From contig CAYREX010000006.1 in the NCBI GenBank assembly GCA_964423505.1, positions 930-64,929 of the forward strand: DNA of 64,000 bases, given 5' to 3'. Positions 46,074 to 55,422 of the stretch are shown here, piece after piece. Below the pieces are notes generated by a model. The model made no database searches, was not told the origin of the DNA, and worked only from the letters and a program-made list of their open reading frames with translations. Made by a program: the position numbers and the translations under genes. The number at the start of each line of letters is the position of its first letter. Position 1 is the stretch's first letter. The stretch comes from an uncultured bacterium (GTDB lineage: Bacteria > Fermentibacterota > Fermentibacteria > Fermentibacterales > JCC-6).

Positions 46074-46721
46074 TCACCCTCCGTCCATCCTGGGCACGTA
46101 GGTGCTGACCCCGCCCCTGTGCCCCTCTATGGCCGCAAGGAGGCCGGCCAGGTCCCCTCTCCGCTCCCTGAAGTCGGCGTGGTCTGTGTTCACGACGAGG
46201 GTAGGGTGCCTCCGCGCCCGGAAGAAGTAGTCGTTGTAGGCGTCGGTGAGCCGCTCCAGGTACGAGCGGCTGATGTCGGTCTCGTACGGGCGCCCCCTGC
46301 CGTATATCCTCTGAAGCAGCGAGTCGCAGGATGCCTGGAGGTATACGACCAGGTCGGGCATCGGTATCTCGCCCGCCAGTATGGTGGAGAGCCTGTCGTA
46401 GAGGGAGAACTCGTCCTCCGAAAGGTTGATTGAGGCGAAGATGCGGTCCTTGGCGAACATGTAGTCGGCCACCGCCCTGCTCCTGAAGAGGTCCAGCTGG
46501 GCGAGCTCGCGCTGCTGCCTGAAGCGGCTGAGCATGAAGAATATCTGGGTCTGGAAGGCCCAGGTCTCCCGGTCACGGTAGAACCTGGGCAGGAAGGGGT
46601 TCTCCTCCACCTCCTCCAGGACCGGCTCCGCCTCCCAGAGCGATGCCAGTATCCTGCAGAGGGTGGTCTTGCCGACGCCTATCGGGCCCTCGACTACGAC
46701 GTACCTCAGCTCTCCCCCCAT
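46074..46721 (-). CDS. Deoxynucleoside kinase
   Basis: P-loop GPIGVGKTT and the dNK pattern; start at MGGELRY. Confidence 0.75.
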   Translation of the reverse strand: MGGELRYVVVEGPIGVGKTTLCRILASLWEAEPVLEEVEENPFLPRFYRDRETWAFQTQIFFMLSRFRQQRELAQLDLFRSRAVADYMFAKDRIFASINLSEDEFSLYDRLSTILAGEIPMPDLVVYLQASCDSLLQRIYGRGRPYETDISRSYLERLTDAYNDYFFRARRHPTLVVNTDHADFRERRGDLAGLLAAIEGHRGGVSTYVPRMDGG

Positions 46722-47221
46722 GCCTCCCCTCCCAGCCGGATGCCTACCGGCTCCGGCGTGACCGGGTCGGGGCACGTGCCGACCAGGCTCTCCGGGGTTG
46801 CCCCCAGCACCGGCAGCTCGCCCTCCCAGACCTCGGAGAGGGGGAGGAGGACGAAGAGCCTGCGGGCGATGCCGGGGTGGGGCAGGACCAGCTCCTCCGT
46901 ATCGACCCGGGTCCCGCCGAGGAGCAGCAGGTCGACGTCCATCCTGCGGGCATCGCCCCGCTTCCTGACCGGGGAGCCGAGTCGGCGCTCGACCGCCCTG
47001 CACAGATCGAGGAGCTCCATGGCGCTCCCGCCGTACCGCCCTGCGGCCACGGCGTTGAGGAAGCTCCCCCCGGAGGCCCCCTCCGCAGGAGGGCCCTCCC
47101 AGACGCGGGAAAAGACCGGACCAGACTCGAGCGGCCAGGAGGCGATGGCCTCTGCTGCGCGGCGCATGGCGGCCTCCCTCTCCCCCAGGTTGCTGCCCAG
47201 GGCGACTGCGAACTCAGCCAT
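46706..47221 (-). CDS. folK: 2-amino-4-hydroxy-6-hydroxymethyldihydropteridine pyrophosphokinase
   Basis: AVALGSNLG N-terminus and HPPK pattern. Start could alternatively be the upstream ATG at 47242. Confidence 0.8.
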   Translation of the reverse strand: MAEFAVALGSNLGEREAAMRRAAEAIASWPLESGPVFSRVWEGPPAEGASGGSFLNAVAAGRYGGSAMELLDLCRAVERRLGSPVRKRGDARRMDVDLLLLGGTRVDTEELVLPHPGIARRLFVLLPLSEVWEGELPVLGATPESLVGTCPDPVTPEPVGIRLGGEAWGES

Positions 47222-47591
47222 CCCCCCCCTCTCCCCCGGCAAGCGTGACCGACGCGCAGCCCACGCGGAGGCGGGTCGGCGGGAAGGGCTTCGTGACCTT
47301 CACCGTCCACCTCCCCGGGAACGAGGCGCAGAGCGAGTCCAGCGCCGCGCGGGCGAGGTCCTCCACGTACTCGTAGGTATCGCCCTCCAGCGGCAGGAGC
47401 CGCTCGCAGACCGCCCCGTAGTCCACGAGGGGGCCCGAGGGGGATGGCGGACCCTTCCAGGTCAGGTCAAGTGGCACGTCCCTCGGGTAGACCCTCTCGG
47501 AGGGGGCAACGCCCAGCCTCACCCGGAGGAGAAGGGAGCGCAGCTCCAGCCTGGCGGCGGCCTCCCTCAATCCGAGTCCCTCCGGAGCCAT
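47214..47591 (-). CDS. folB: Dihydroneopterin aldolase
   Basis: ~125 aa FolB-like pattern (GV...ER); coupled to folK. Confidence 0.75.
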   Translation of the reverse strand: MAPEGLGLREAAARLELRSLLLRVRLGVAPSERVYPRDVPLDLTWKGPPSPSGPLVDYGAVCERLLPLEGDTYEYVEDLARAALDSLCASFPGRWTVKVTKPFPPTRLRVGCASVTLAGGEGGDG

Positions 47592-48787
47592 CCGGCGATC
47601 CTGCCGCTGCGGAGCTCTCGCTGCTCAAGCCTGCCCAGGGCCTTCAGTATGTCCTCCTCCGGGACGGTCAGGGCGAACCTCACGTAGCCCTCCCCGTAGG
47701 TCCCGAAACCGCTCCCGGGGGTGACCACTATGCCCGCACCCGAGATAAGTCGGGAGGCGAACTTCATCGAGTCGGTCCCCCTGGGGAGGGCGACCCACAC
47801 GTAGAAGGTGGCCGGCGACTCGAACACGTCCCAGTCGAGGCGGCGCAGGCCGTCTGTCAGCAGCTCCCTCCTCCTGCGGAAGGCCTCCAGGAAGGAGGGG
47901 TCGTAGCCGTCCATGGCGGAGGCGGCAGCACGCTGGACGGCGGTGAAGACGCCGGAGTCCAGGTTCTCCTTCGCTGTCATGAAGGTCCTGATCAGTCGGC
48001 TCCCGCCGGCTACGAAGCCTACCCGCCAGCCGGTCATGTTGAAGGTCTTGGAGAGGCTGTGCATCTCCAGGCAGACCTCCGGGGCTCCCGGCAGGGAGAG
48101 GAAGGAGGCTGGTGCCCCTCCGTCGAACCTCACGTGGCTGTAGGCGGCGTCGCTGACCAGGAGGATGTCCTCCGTCCTGGCGAAGTCGACCAGCCGCTCC
48201 ATCCATGCGCGGTCCAGTACCGCCCCGGTGGGGTTGTTCGGGTAGTTCACGAACATCACCCTGGCGGAGGCGATCACCCGCCTGTCCAGCTTCCAGGGCT
48301 CGGGGGCGAAACGGTTCTCCCGCAGCAGGGGCATGTCGACCGGCACGGCGCCGGCCAGTATGGAGGCTGCCCTGTAGACCGGATACCCGGGGTTGGGCAC
48401 CAGCACCACGTCGCCCGGGTTGCAGAAGAAGAGGGGCACATGGGCCAGTCCCTCCTTGGAGCCGATGACCGAAGCCAGGTCCAGCCCGCCTTCGGTCTCG
48501 ACCCCGAACTGCGAGGACATCCACCTCGAGGCGGCGTCGAGGAACTCTCCGCATCCCCTTCCGCTGGGGTACCTGTGGCACTCCGGGTCCGCCACCGCCT
48601 CCCTGGCGGCCTCTACGACCGCCGGCGGAGTCGGCAGGTCCGGGTCGCCTATCCCGAAGTCGAGCAGCTCGGCGCCGCGGCCGGAGGCGGCCGCCTTCTG
48701 CCTGTCCAGCTCGGCGAACAGGTATGGGGGCAGCATCCCCACGCGCTCGGATGCTGATATGACCACTCTCCTGGGGCTCCTTGCCAT
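47567..48787 (-). CDS. Class I/II PLP-dependent aminotransferase (LL-diaminopimelate/aspartate aminotransferase-like)
   Basis: LPPYLFAELD N-terminal motif; PLP lysine region SLSKTFNMTGWRVG. Confidence 0.8.
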   Translation of the reverse strand: MARSPRRVVISASERVGMLPPYLFAELDRQKAAASGRGAELLDFGIGDPDLPTPPAVVEAAREAVADPECHRYPSGRGCGEFLDAASRWMSSQFGVETEGGLDLASVIGSKEGLAHVPLFFCNPGDVVLVPNPGYPVYRAASILAGAVPVDMPLLRENRFAPEPWKLDRRVIASARVMFVNYPNNPTGAVLDRAWMERLVDFARTEDILLVSDAAYSHVRFDGGAPASFLSLPGAPEVCLEMHSLSKTFNMTGWRVGFVAGGSRLIRTFMTAKENLDSGVFTAVQRAAASAMDGYDPSFLEAFRRRRELLTDGLRRLDWDVFESPATFYVWVALPRGTDSMKFASRLISGAGIVVTPGSGFGTYGEGYVRFALTVPEEDILKALGRLEQRELRSGRIAGWLRRDSD

Positions 48788-48918
48788 CGATGCCTCCGTT
48801 CCCGGTCTTCCTCCGGGAGAATATACAAACGCCCGGCCGGGCCGGCAGAGCGCGCCCCTTCCCGATCCGCCTCCCCGCGGGCATATTAGACTGGACTTCT
48901 CTGAATCGGCGGTGAGGT

Positions 48919-49872
48919 ATGAGGGTGGAGCGCTGCAGGGGACTCCAGATATTCGAGGGCATGGACCTCGGGACGTTGCAGCCCATGCTGGAGCGCCTCC
49001 GCGAGGTCAGGCTCGAGGAGGGAGAGGTCCTCCTCGTCAGGGGGCGGCGGAACACCAGCCTCTACGTGCTTCTCTCCGGGAAGCTGGGCATACACCTCCA
49101 GTCCGTCTCCGACCCGCCGCTCACCCACATAGAGAAGGGCGAGTGCGTCGGCGAGCTGTCCGTCATAGGAGACGACAGGACGACCGCCTTCGTCGTGGCC
49201 GCCTCCGACTGCGAGCTGCTGGAGATACCGAGGGACCGGCTCTGGGAGATGGTGGCGGCGGCCCCGCTGGTGGCGAGGAACCTCCTGCTGATACTCTCAC
49301 TCAGGATGCGGCTCACCAACAGGGCGATAACGGACGCCGAGAAGCGGCGTGAGCTCTTCGAGAGATGCGCCAGGAGGGACGCCCTGACCGGCCTCTACAA
49401 CAGGAGGCACCTGGACGACGTCCTGCAGGAGCACGCATGCGCCGTCGCCGGCGGGGCGGCCCCTTTCTCCCTGGCCATGCTGGACGTCGACCACTTCAAG
49501 CGCTACAACGATACGAACGGCCACACGTGCGGCGACTGCGCCCTGAGGACGGTGGCCGGGGCTCTCTCCGACAACGTCCGCGAGGGTGACGTCGCCGCCA
49601 GGTACGGCGGCGAGGAGTTCGCGGTGGTTATGCCGGCGACGGGGCTCGAGGAGGCGGTAGGCGTCGCCGAGCGACTCCGCCTTGGCGTTGCGGAGACCTC
49701 GGTCTCCGGGGAGGACGGCAGGGAGCTGCCCGGGGTCACCGTCTCCGTGGGGGTCTGCCGGAGCAGGCCCGGGGAGGACGTCTGCGAGACCGTTGCCAGA
49801 GCCGACGGGGCGCTGTACGGGGCCAAGCGGTCCGGCAGGAACCGGGTCTGCGTCGAGGACGGCGGCGCCTGA
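48919..49872 (+). CDS. Cyclic-nucleotide-binding domain protein fused to a GGDEF diguanylate cyclase
   Basis: N-terminal cNMP-binding fold (GECVGELS), and a C-terminal GGDEF domain with an intact RYGGEEF active site and RxxD-type region. Confidence 0.85.
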   Translation: MRVERCRGLQIFEGMDLGTLQPMLERLREVRLEEGEVLLVRGRRNTSLYVLLSGKLGIHLQSVSDPPLTHIEKGECVGELSVIGDDRTTAFVVAASDCELLEIPRDRLWEMVAAAPLVARNLLLILSLRMRLTNRAITDAEKRRELFERCARRDALTGLYNRRHLDDVLQEHACAVAGGAAPFSLAMLDVDHFKRYNDTNGHTCGDCALRTVAGALSDNVREGDVAARYGGEEFAVVMPATGLEEAVGVAERLRLGVAETSVSGEDGRELPGVTVSVGVCRSRPGEDVCETVARADGALYGAKRSGRNRVCVEDGGA

Positions 49873-49975
49873 GGCCGGGCCTTCGGGCGGCCGGGCACAT
49901 GGACAGAGGAACCGGTTCACCATATATGATGTTCTAACTCATGTCAGAGCAACCTCCTGCGAAAGGAATCCGAAG

Positions 49976-52417
49976 ATGAGAGCAATGCCTCTGGTCGCGC
50001 TGCTCCTGCCCGCCATGGCCCTGGCGGCGTGGGTCGACCTCGGCATCGAGGGCACCGACCACGCCGTCCTGGAGGTGGTGGAGTCCACCCCGACCGGGAT
50101 GGTGGTCGAGCTCACCGTCCCCGGCATCGAGATGACGGAGCGGGAGGAGGGCGGCATCGACTACACCATCCTGGGCATGCCCGGGGCCACCTCCACCGCG
50201 CTGGACGAGGGATACCCGATGTTCCCGAAGGTATCCTTCCTCGCGGCGCTCCCCGAGAGCCCTTCCGTGACCGCCACGGTCGAGGCCGTGAGCAGCACCA
50301 CCGTCGGGGCCGTTACCCCCTGGCCCATGCAGCCGATCCAGCCGGACGACGCGAGGGAGCCGGCGCCCTTCACGGTGGTCCCCTCCGCCTACACCTCCGG
50401 CCGGTACCCGCTCGACGCCGTACAGCACACCGTCGACGGCGTCCTCAGGGGAGTGACCGTCGGCAGGTTCACCCTCAACCCGGTCGGCTGGGACCCGGTG
50501 ACCGGAGAGCTGACCGTAGCCTCCCGGATGCGTGTCCGGATAGACTTCGGCGGCACCGCCACGGTCGAACCCAGGCTCTACTCCCGGTTCTGGGCGCCCA
50601 CCTTCCGGCAGTCCATCCTGAACGCCGGTGTCCTGGGCGAGCCGCAGAGGTCGATGGCGGCCCGGGCCGACGGCTACATCGTCGCGCGGACCATGGAGGA
50701 GGCCGTGGACATAGACGGCGCCGACCTGCTGGTGTTGGCCGGCGACGACTTCGTCGACACGATGATGGACGACTTCCTCACCGCCAAGCACGAGCAGGGC
50801 TACCTGACTGCGGTGGTGGCCGCCGGCAGCTGGAGCTCCTCGCAGATAATGAGCTACGTCCAGACCGCCTACGACACCTGGGAGGTTCCCCCCTCCTTCC
50901 TTCTCACCGTTGGCGACGGGCCGCAGCTCGCCCCCCACTACCAGTCCTCCACCGGGACCTACGGCGACAACCGCTACTGCTGCGTCGACGGCTCCGACTA
51001 CATGGCGGACATCTACAACGGCCGCTTCTGCTCCCCCACCGACTTCTACCCCCACATCGAGGAGAAACAGCTTGACTGGCAGTTCGACCCGCTGATGGAC
51101 TCCGACTTCTGGAACACCCTGCTCTGCGCCGGCATGCTCCAGACCTACGGCGGAAACACCTCCGCCAGGTGGTTCCTCTACACCTGCGAGGTGGTCCACG
51201 ACACCTACGAGGACATCTACGGCAAGACCGCCCTCAGGTGCTACATGACGGACGCCACCGTGGACCCGCCCTACTACTACCGCGACGACCTCCCCTCCCA
51301 CGGGGGGATGGTGCCTTCGGAGATAACCTTCGACGGCGTTACGGAGGACGTGACCAACGCCGTGAACGACGGGGTCTTCCTCATCCAGCACCGGGACCAC
51401 GGCAGCATCAGCGGCTGGTCGGAGCCCCCCTACTACACCTCCGACCTGAACGACCTGTCCAACGGCGACAGGACCCCCATGGTGATGAGCTTCAACTGCA
51501 GCACCGGCAACTTCTACTCCAACACCTCCTTCGCCGAGAGCTTCGCCAGGATGGAGGGTGGCGCGGTCATGGTCTACGCCGCGGTCAACACCTCCTACAG
51601 CTACTTCAACGACTACGTGGTCTACGGCAGCTACTGCAGCTTCAACGACGACTTCGTCTCCCCCCCCTACAGCTACACCAACCCCTCCGGCGGCTACCTC
51701 GCCGGGCAGGCGCTCCTGGCCGGCAAACTGGAGATGCAGACCGCCGCCCCCTACAATCCCTACGGCAGCTGGCAGGGCTACGCAGAGAAGACCTGGGACC
51801 TCTTCCTGGTCTTCGGCGACCCGACCATGGACATGAGGACGGCGGTGCCCGAGGCTCTCTCCGTGACTGCGCCGGGCAACCTCCCCGCCGGCTCCACCGA
51901 GGCCACCTTCCAGGTGAGCATGCCCGGGGAGGACGTGGTCGAGGGCGCGCTGGTCTGCCTCCGCAAGGAGGACGAGGAGGTATGGGTCAGCGGCGTCACC
52001 GACGCCTCCGGCTCGGTCACCCTCACCTTCGATCCGATAGCCTCCGCAACGGAGATGGAGTGGATGGTCACCGCTCACAACGCGCTCCCCGAGGAGGGGG
52101 TCATCAACGGCGTGGGCGTCGCCGGCGGTACCGGGGCGGTGATAGGCCGCGTGGGCACGCCGTTCCCCAACCCGAGCCTCGGCAGCGTCACCTTCCCGGT
52201 GACGATGGGCGGCACCGGCGACTTCGACCTGACCGTCTACGACCTGAGCGGCCGCTCCGTGGCCACCGTGCACAGCGGAGAGCTGGCCGCAGGATCCCAC
52301 CAGCTGGTCTGGGACGGCACATCCGGCGGCGCCCCGGCGCCCGCCGGCGTCTACCTGGCCAGGTTCGGCGGCCCCGGAGGGGCCTCCGGTACCTTCACGG
52401 TGGTGCTCACGAGGTAG
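49976..52417 (+). CDS. Gingipain-family (C25) cysteine peptidase with T9SS-type C-terminal sorting domain, 813 aa
   Basis: Signal peptide; catalytic His in LIQHRDHGS and Cys in SFNCSTGNF. The C-terminal DLTVYDLSGRSVATVHSGELAAGSHQLVWDG...GVYLARF...VVL domain is the same type as on the two metallopeptidases. Confidence 0.7.
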   Translation: MRAMPLVALLLPAMALAAWVDLGIEGTDHAVLEVVESTPTGMVVELTVPGIEMTEREEGGIDYTILGMPGATSTALDEGYPMFPKVSFLAALPESPSVTATVEAVSSTTVGAVTPWPMQPIQPDDAREPAPFTVVPSAYTSGRYPLDAVQHTVDGVLRGVTVGRFTLNPVGWDPVTGELTVASRMRVRIDFGGTATVEPRLYSRFWAPTFRQSILNAGVLGEPQRSMAARADGYIVARTMEEAVDIDGADLLVLAGDDFVDTMMDDFLTAKHEQGYLTAVVAAGSWSSSQIMSYVQTAYDTWEVPPSFLLTVGDGPQLAPHYQSSTGTYGDNRYCCVDGSDYMADIYNGRFCSPTDFYPHIEEKQLDWQFDPLMDSDFWNTLLCAGMLQTYGGNTSARWFLYTCEVVHDTYEDIYGKTALRCYMTDATVDPPYYYRDDLPSHGGMVPSEITFDGVTEDVTNAVNDGVFLIQHRDHGSISGWSEPPYYTSDLNDLSNGDRTPMVMSFNCSTGNFYSNTSFAESFARMEGGAVMVYAAVNTSYSYFNDYVVYGSYCSFNDDFVSPPYSYTNPSGGYLAGQALLAGKLEMQTAAPYNPYGSWQGYAEKTWDLFLVFGDPTMDMRTAVPEALSVTAPGNLPAGSTEATFQVSMPGEDVVEGALVCLRKEDEEVWVSGVTDASGSVTLTFDPIASATEMEWMVTAHNALPEEGVINGVGVAGGTGAVIGRVGTPFPNPSLGSVTFPVTMGGTGDFDLTVYDLSGRSVATVHSGELAAGSHQLVWDGTSGGAPAPAGVYLARFGGPGGASGTFTVVLTR

Positions 52418-52516
52418 CCCCCGCAACGCTTGATGGGTCCCGCGTCCGACAGGGCGCGGGGCCCTGCAACCCTCCCGGGCCGTGACCCCGCCAGCTCCGC
52501 GGCATATGGTAAACGG

Positions 52517-54877
52517 ATGAATACACGGTACGACCGGGAGGCCGGGCGTCTGACCACCGGCATCGGCGACCTGATAGCCTGGGCGAGGCTGCCCGACACC
52601 CTGGTCCCCGACGGCGGCGGTGCGCCGGACTTGCAGGCCAGGCAGAGGGTGCATTCCGCCTACCAGAGGCGCCTGGCCGCCGGCGGGTTCGACGTCGAGG
52701 TGCCGCTCTCCCTGGAGCTGGAGGTCCTCGGCATCACCTTCGACCTGCGGGGCAGGGCCGACCTCGTCAGGCGGACGGCATCAGGCATCGAGCTCATCGA
52801 GGTGAAGACCGCCTCCCGCCGGCCCGACCCGGGTCATCCCATGCTGACCCGCTCACGGCACGTGCTGCAGCTCTACTTCTACCTGCAGGCCCTCGCCGGC
52901 GACGTCCCCGTGAGCGCCGCGCTGGTCTACCTCTCGATGGACGGGAGCCCACCGGGCGAGCAGAGGGTCGACATCGACCCGGACGACCCGCTCGTGGAGG
53001 AGGCCTGGTCGGAGATGCTGGAATGGACCGCCCGGACCCTCCTCGCGGAGGAGGCGCGGAGGAGGGAGCAGGAGCGGGCGTTGGGCGGCGATATCTTCCC
53101 CTACGAGGCGCGGAGGCCCGGCCAGGAGCAGATGACCGCCGCGGTACGCGGAGCCCTGTCGGCCGGCCGGAACCTGATGCTGCAGGCTCCCACGGGCACC
53201 GGCAAGACCGCCGCCGTGCTCGAGGGTGCGCTCCGGGCGGTACTTCCCGATAGGGGCGTCCTCTTCTTCCTGACCGCCAAGGGCACGCAGAGGCACATGG
53301 CTGAGGAGACGGTCCGACTGACGGCGGAGAGGGGCCTCCCCCTCCGGGCGGTCACCCTCACCGCCAGGGAGCGTGTCTGCATGCGGGGCAGGCCCAGGTG
53401 CCTCCCGGACGACTGTCCCTGGGCGGAGCGCTTCGGGGAGAGCGTCCGCGCCTCCGGCGTCCGGGAGGAGCTGCTCGGGGAGACGGTCGTCGGACGGGAG
53501 GAGCTGGTGCGCGCAGCGGAGCGCTCCGGCGCATGCCCCTTCGAGCTGGGGCTCTGCATGACCGGCCATGCGGACATCGTGGTATGCGACTACAACTACG
53601 TGTTCGACCCCCACGTCTACCTGAGGCGCTTCTTCGGGGAGCCTGCCGCCGCCTCCCGGTGCCGCCTCCTGATGGACGAGGCGGCCAACCTGCCGGAGAG
53701 GGCCAGGGACTGGTTCTCCCCCACCGTCTCCCGCTCCCTCGTGGAGCGGCTGCTGAGGGAGGGCGGAGGCGGCCATGCCCGTCTCCTCGCCCCCCTCCTG
53801 GAGCCCTGGCTGGCACGCCTCCGCGAGTGGGAGGCCCTTCTCGCGGATGATGGGGACGGCCGGAGAGAGATGCTGCTGCCGGACGATACGCCGCTTCCTC
53901 TCTCGGAGGAGGGCTGGATGGAGGTCCTGGCATCGGCCGAGGACCCCTCCATGGACCTGATGGAGATGGCCCTGGCCGTCTTCGACATGTCCAGGATAGA
54001 CGGACCGGGAGACGACAGGTACCACCTGGTGCTGGACGCCGGCGAGGACGACCTGTCGGTGCAGTGGTTCTGCAGCGACCCTTCCCTGCAGCTGTCCGAG
54101 AGGGTGGGCTCCTGCTCCGGTTGCGTCGCCTTCTCGGCGACCCTGGAGCCCATGGACCACTACCGCCCACTGCTGGGCCTGCCGGAGGATACCCCCGGCG
54201 TGAGTGTCCCCTACCCCTTCCCGCCGGAGAACCTGGGCGTATGGCTGGACAGGACCGTGGACACCCGCTACCGGAGGCGGGAGGCCACCCTGGACGCTCT
54301 GTGCTCCCGGCTGGTCCAGCTGCTGGATGCGGTACCGGGAGCATGGCTCGTCTTCATGCCCTCCTTCGGCTACCTCCGCAACCTGCGTGAGCTGCTGGAG
54401 GGGGCGGGTGTGCCGGTCCTGGCCCAGGAGAGGGCGATGGCCCCGGAGATGCGCGAGCGGTTCCTCTCGAAGCTCTCCTCATGGGAGGGTGCGGCGCTCA
54501 CGGTCTCCGGCGGCATCTTCTCCGAGGGGGTGGACATAAGGAGCGACAGCCTGCGGGGAGCCGTCGTGGCCGGCCCATCGCTGCCCGGTGTGGATCTCAG
54601 GCGGAGGCTGCTCTCCGAGCGCTACGAGTCGACCGGCAGGAGCGGCTTCCTGCACGCATGGGCCATCCCGGGCATGACCCGGGTCGTCCAGGCCGCCGGC
54701 AGGCTGGTCAGGAGCGGTACCCAGAGGAGGGCCCTCGTGCTGGCCGGCGACAGGTTCGCCTGCCGCCCCTACCTCGGGCTGCTGCCGAAGCACTGGTTCG
54801 GCGAGGAGGGCCTCCCGGTACTCGGACGGGACGTCGACGGGATAGTCCGCTTCTTCCGGGAGGAGGGCGGGAGATAA
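52517..54877 (+). CDS. PD-(D/E)xK nuclease domain fused to a DinG/XPD-family Fe-S DNA helicase, 786 aa
   Basis: N-terminal ~200 aa with a D..(ELIEVK) nuclease triad and QLYFYL. Helicase has Walker A LQAPTGTGKT, a four-Cys cluster (CMRGRPRC..C..W and a GACPFELGLC region) between motifs I and II, DEAAN box, and motif VI QAAGRLVR. Confidence 0.75.
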   Translation: MNTRYDREAGRLTTGIGDLIAWARLPDTLVPDGGGAPDLQARQRVHSAYQRRLAAGGFDVEVPLSLELEVLGITFDLRGRADLVRRTASGIELIEVKTASRRPDPGHPMLTRSRHVLQLYFYLQALAGDVPVSAALVYLSMDGSPPGEQRVDIDPDDPLVEEAWSEMLEWTARTLLAEEARRREQERALGGDIFPYEARRPGQEQMTAAVRGALSAGRNLMLQAPTGTGKTAAVLEGALRAVLPDRGVLFFLTAKGTQRHMAEETVRLTAERGLPLRAVTLTARERVCMRGRPRCLPDDCPWAERFGESVRASGVREELLGETVVGREELVRAAERSGACPFELGLCMTGHADIVVCDYNYVFDPHVYLRRFFGEPAAASRCRLLMDEAANLPERARDWFSPTVSRSLVERLLREGGGGHARLLAPLLEPWLARLREWEALLADDGDGRREMLLPDDTPLPLSEEGWMEVLASAEDPSMDLMEMALAVFDMSRIDGPGDDRYHLVLDAGEDDLSVQWFCSDPSLQLSERVGSCSGCVAFSATLEPMDHYRPLLGLPEDTPGVSVPYPFPPENLGVWLDRTVDTRYRRREATLDALCSRLVQLLDAVPGAWLVFMPSFGYLRNLRELLEGAGVPVLAQERAMAPEMRERFLSKLSSWEGAALTVSGGIFSEGVDIRSDSLRGAVVAGPSLPGVDLRRRLLSERYESTGRSGFLHAWAIPGMTRVVQAAGRLVRSGTQRRALVLAGDRFACRPYLGLLPKHWFGEEGLPVLGRDVDGIVRFFREEGGR

Positions 54878-54929
54878 GGAAGGGGACGACGCCGAGGCGT
54901 CGTCCCCGCAGTACCGGGCGGTGCCGGTG

Positions 54930-55334
54930 CTACTCGGTTCCGGGCTCCTCCTCTACGGGAGGCTCCTCGGCGGGAGGCTCCTCCACGGGAGGCTCCTCGA
55001 CCGGGGGCTCCTCGCCCTCGGGCCTGTCGGGCTCCGGCCTGTCGGGCTCGGGCCTGTCGGGCACCGGGCGCTCACCCTCCGGACGCTCGCCCTCCGGACG
55101 CTCGCCCTCGGGGCGCTCACCCTCCGGCCTCTCACCCTCCGGCCTCTCACCCTCCGGACGCTCACCCTCCGGACGCTCGTCCTCGGGCATCTCGCCCTCC
55201 GGGCGCTCGTCCTCGGGGGTCACCTCGGTGTCGCCGTCATCGGCCGGCGTGGGCTCCTCGCCCTCGCCTCCGCCGCATGCAGCGAAAAGAGCAACAAGGG
55301 CGGAGAGGAAGAGCAGCGTAAGGACTTTCCTCAT
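54930..55334 (-). CDS. Pro/Glu-rich tandem-repeat lipoprotein, 134 aa
   Basis: Lipobox LFAACGG, then (ERPEG)x9, (DRPEP)x3, and (EEPPV)x4 repeats encoded by 15-bp tandem DNA repeats. RBS ggag upstream. Confidence 0.6.
   Translation of the reverse strand: MRKVLTLLFLSALVALFAACGGGEGEEPTPADDGDTEVTPEDERPEGEMPEDERPEGERPEGERPEGERPEGERPEGERPEGERPEGERPVPDRPEPDRPEPDRPEGEEPPVEEPPVEEPPAEEPPVEEEPGTE
55020..55215. repeat. 15-bp tandem DNA repeat tract (about 9 + 3 units) inside the lipoprotein gene
   Basis: Repeated ggacgctcgccctcc and ggcctctcaccctcc units on the top strand, in frame. Confidence 0.7.
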
Positions 55335-55422
55335 CTCGTCTCCTTTCGTTTTCTCGACCTCGGTCGAATAAACATAACCGCCTCGTGGTCGAGGCATTGC
55401 TTCCCGCATACTTAACGCGATA

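Noticed and set aside
54930-55409. Longer 159-aa form of the repeat lipoprotein starting at MREAMPRPRGG.
   Set aside because: The internal ATG at 55334 is preceded by a good RBS (ggag) and begins directly with a lipoprotein signal peptide MRKVLTLLFLSALVALFAAC. The upstream extension overlaps the intergenic region.
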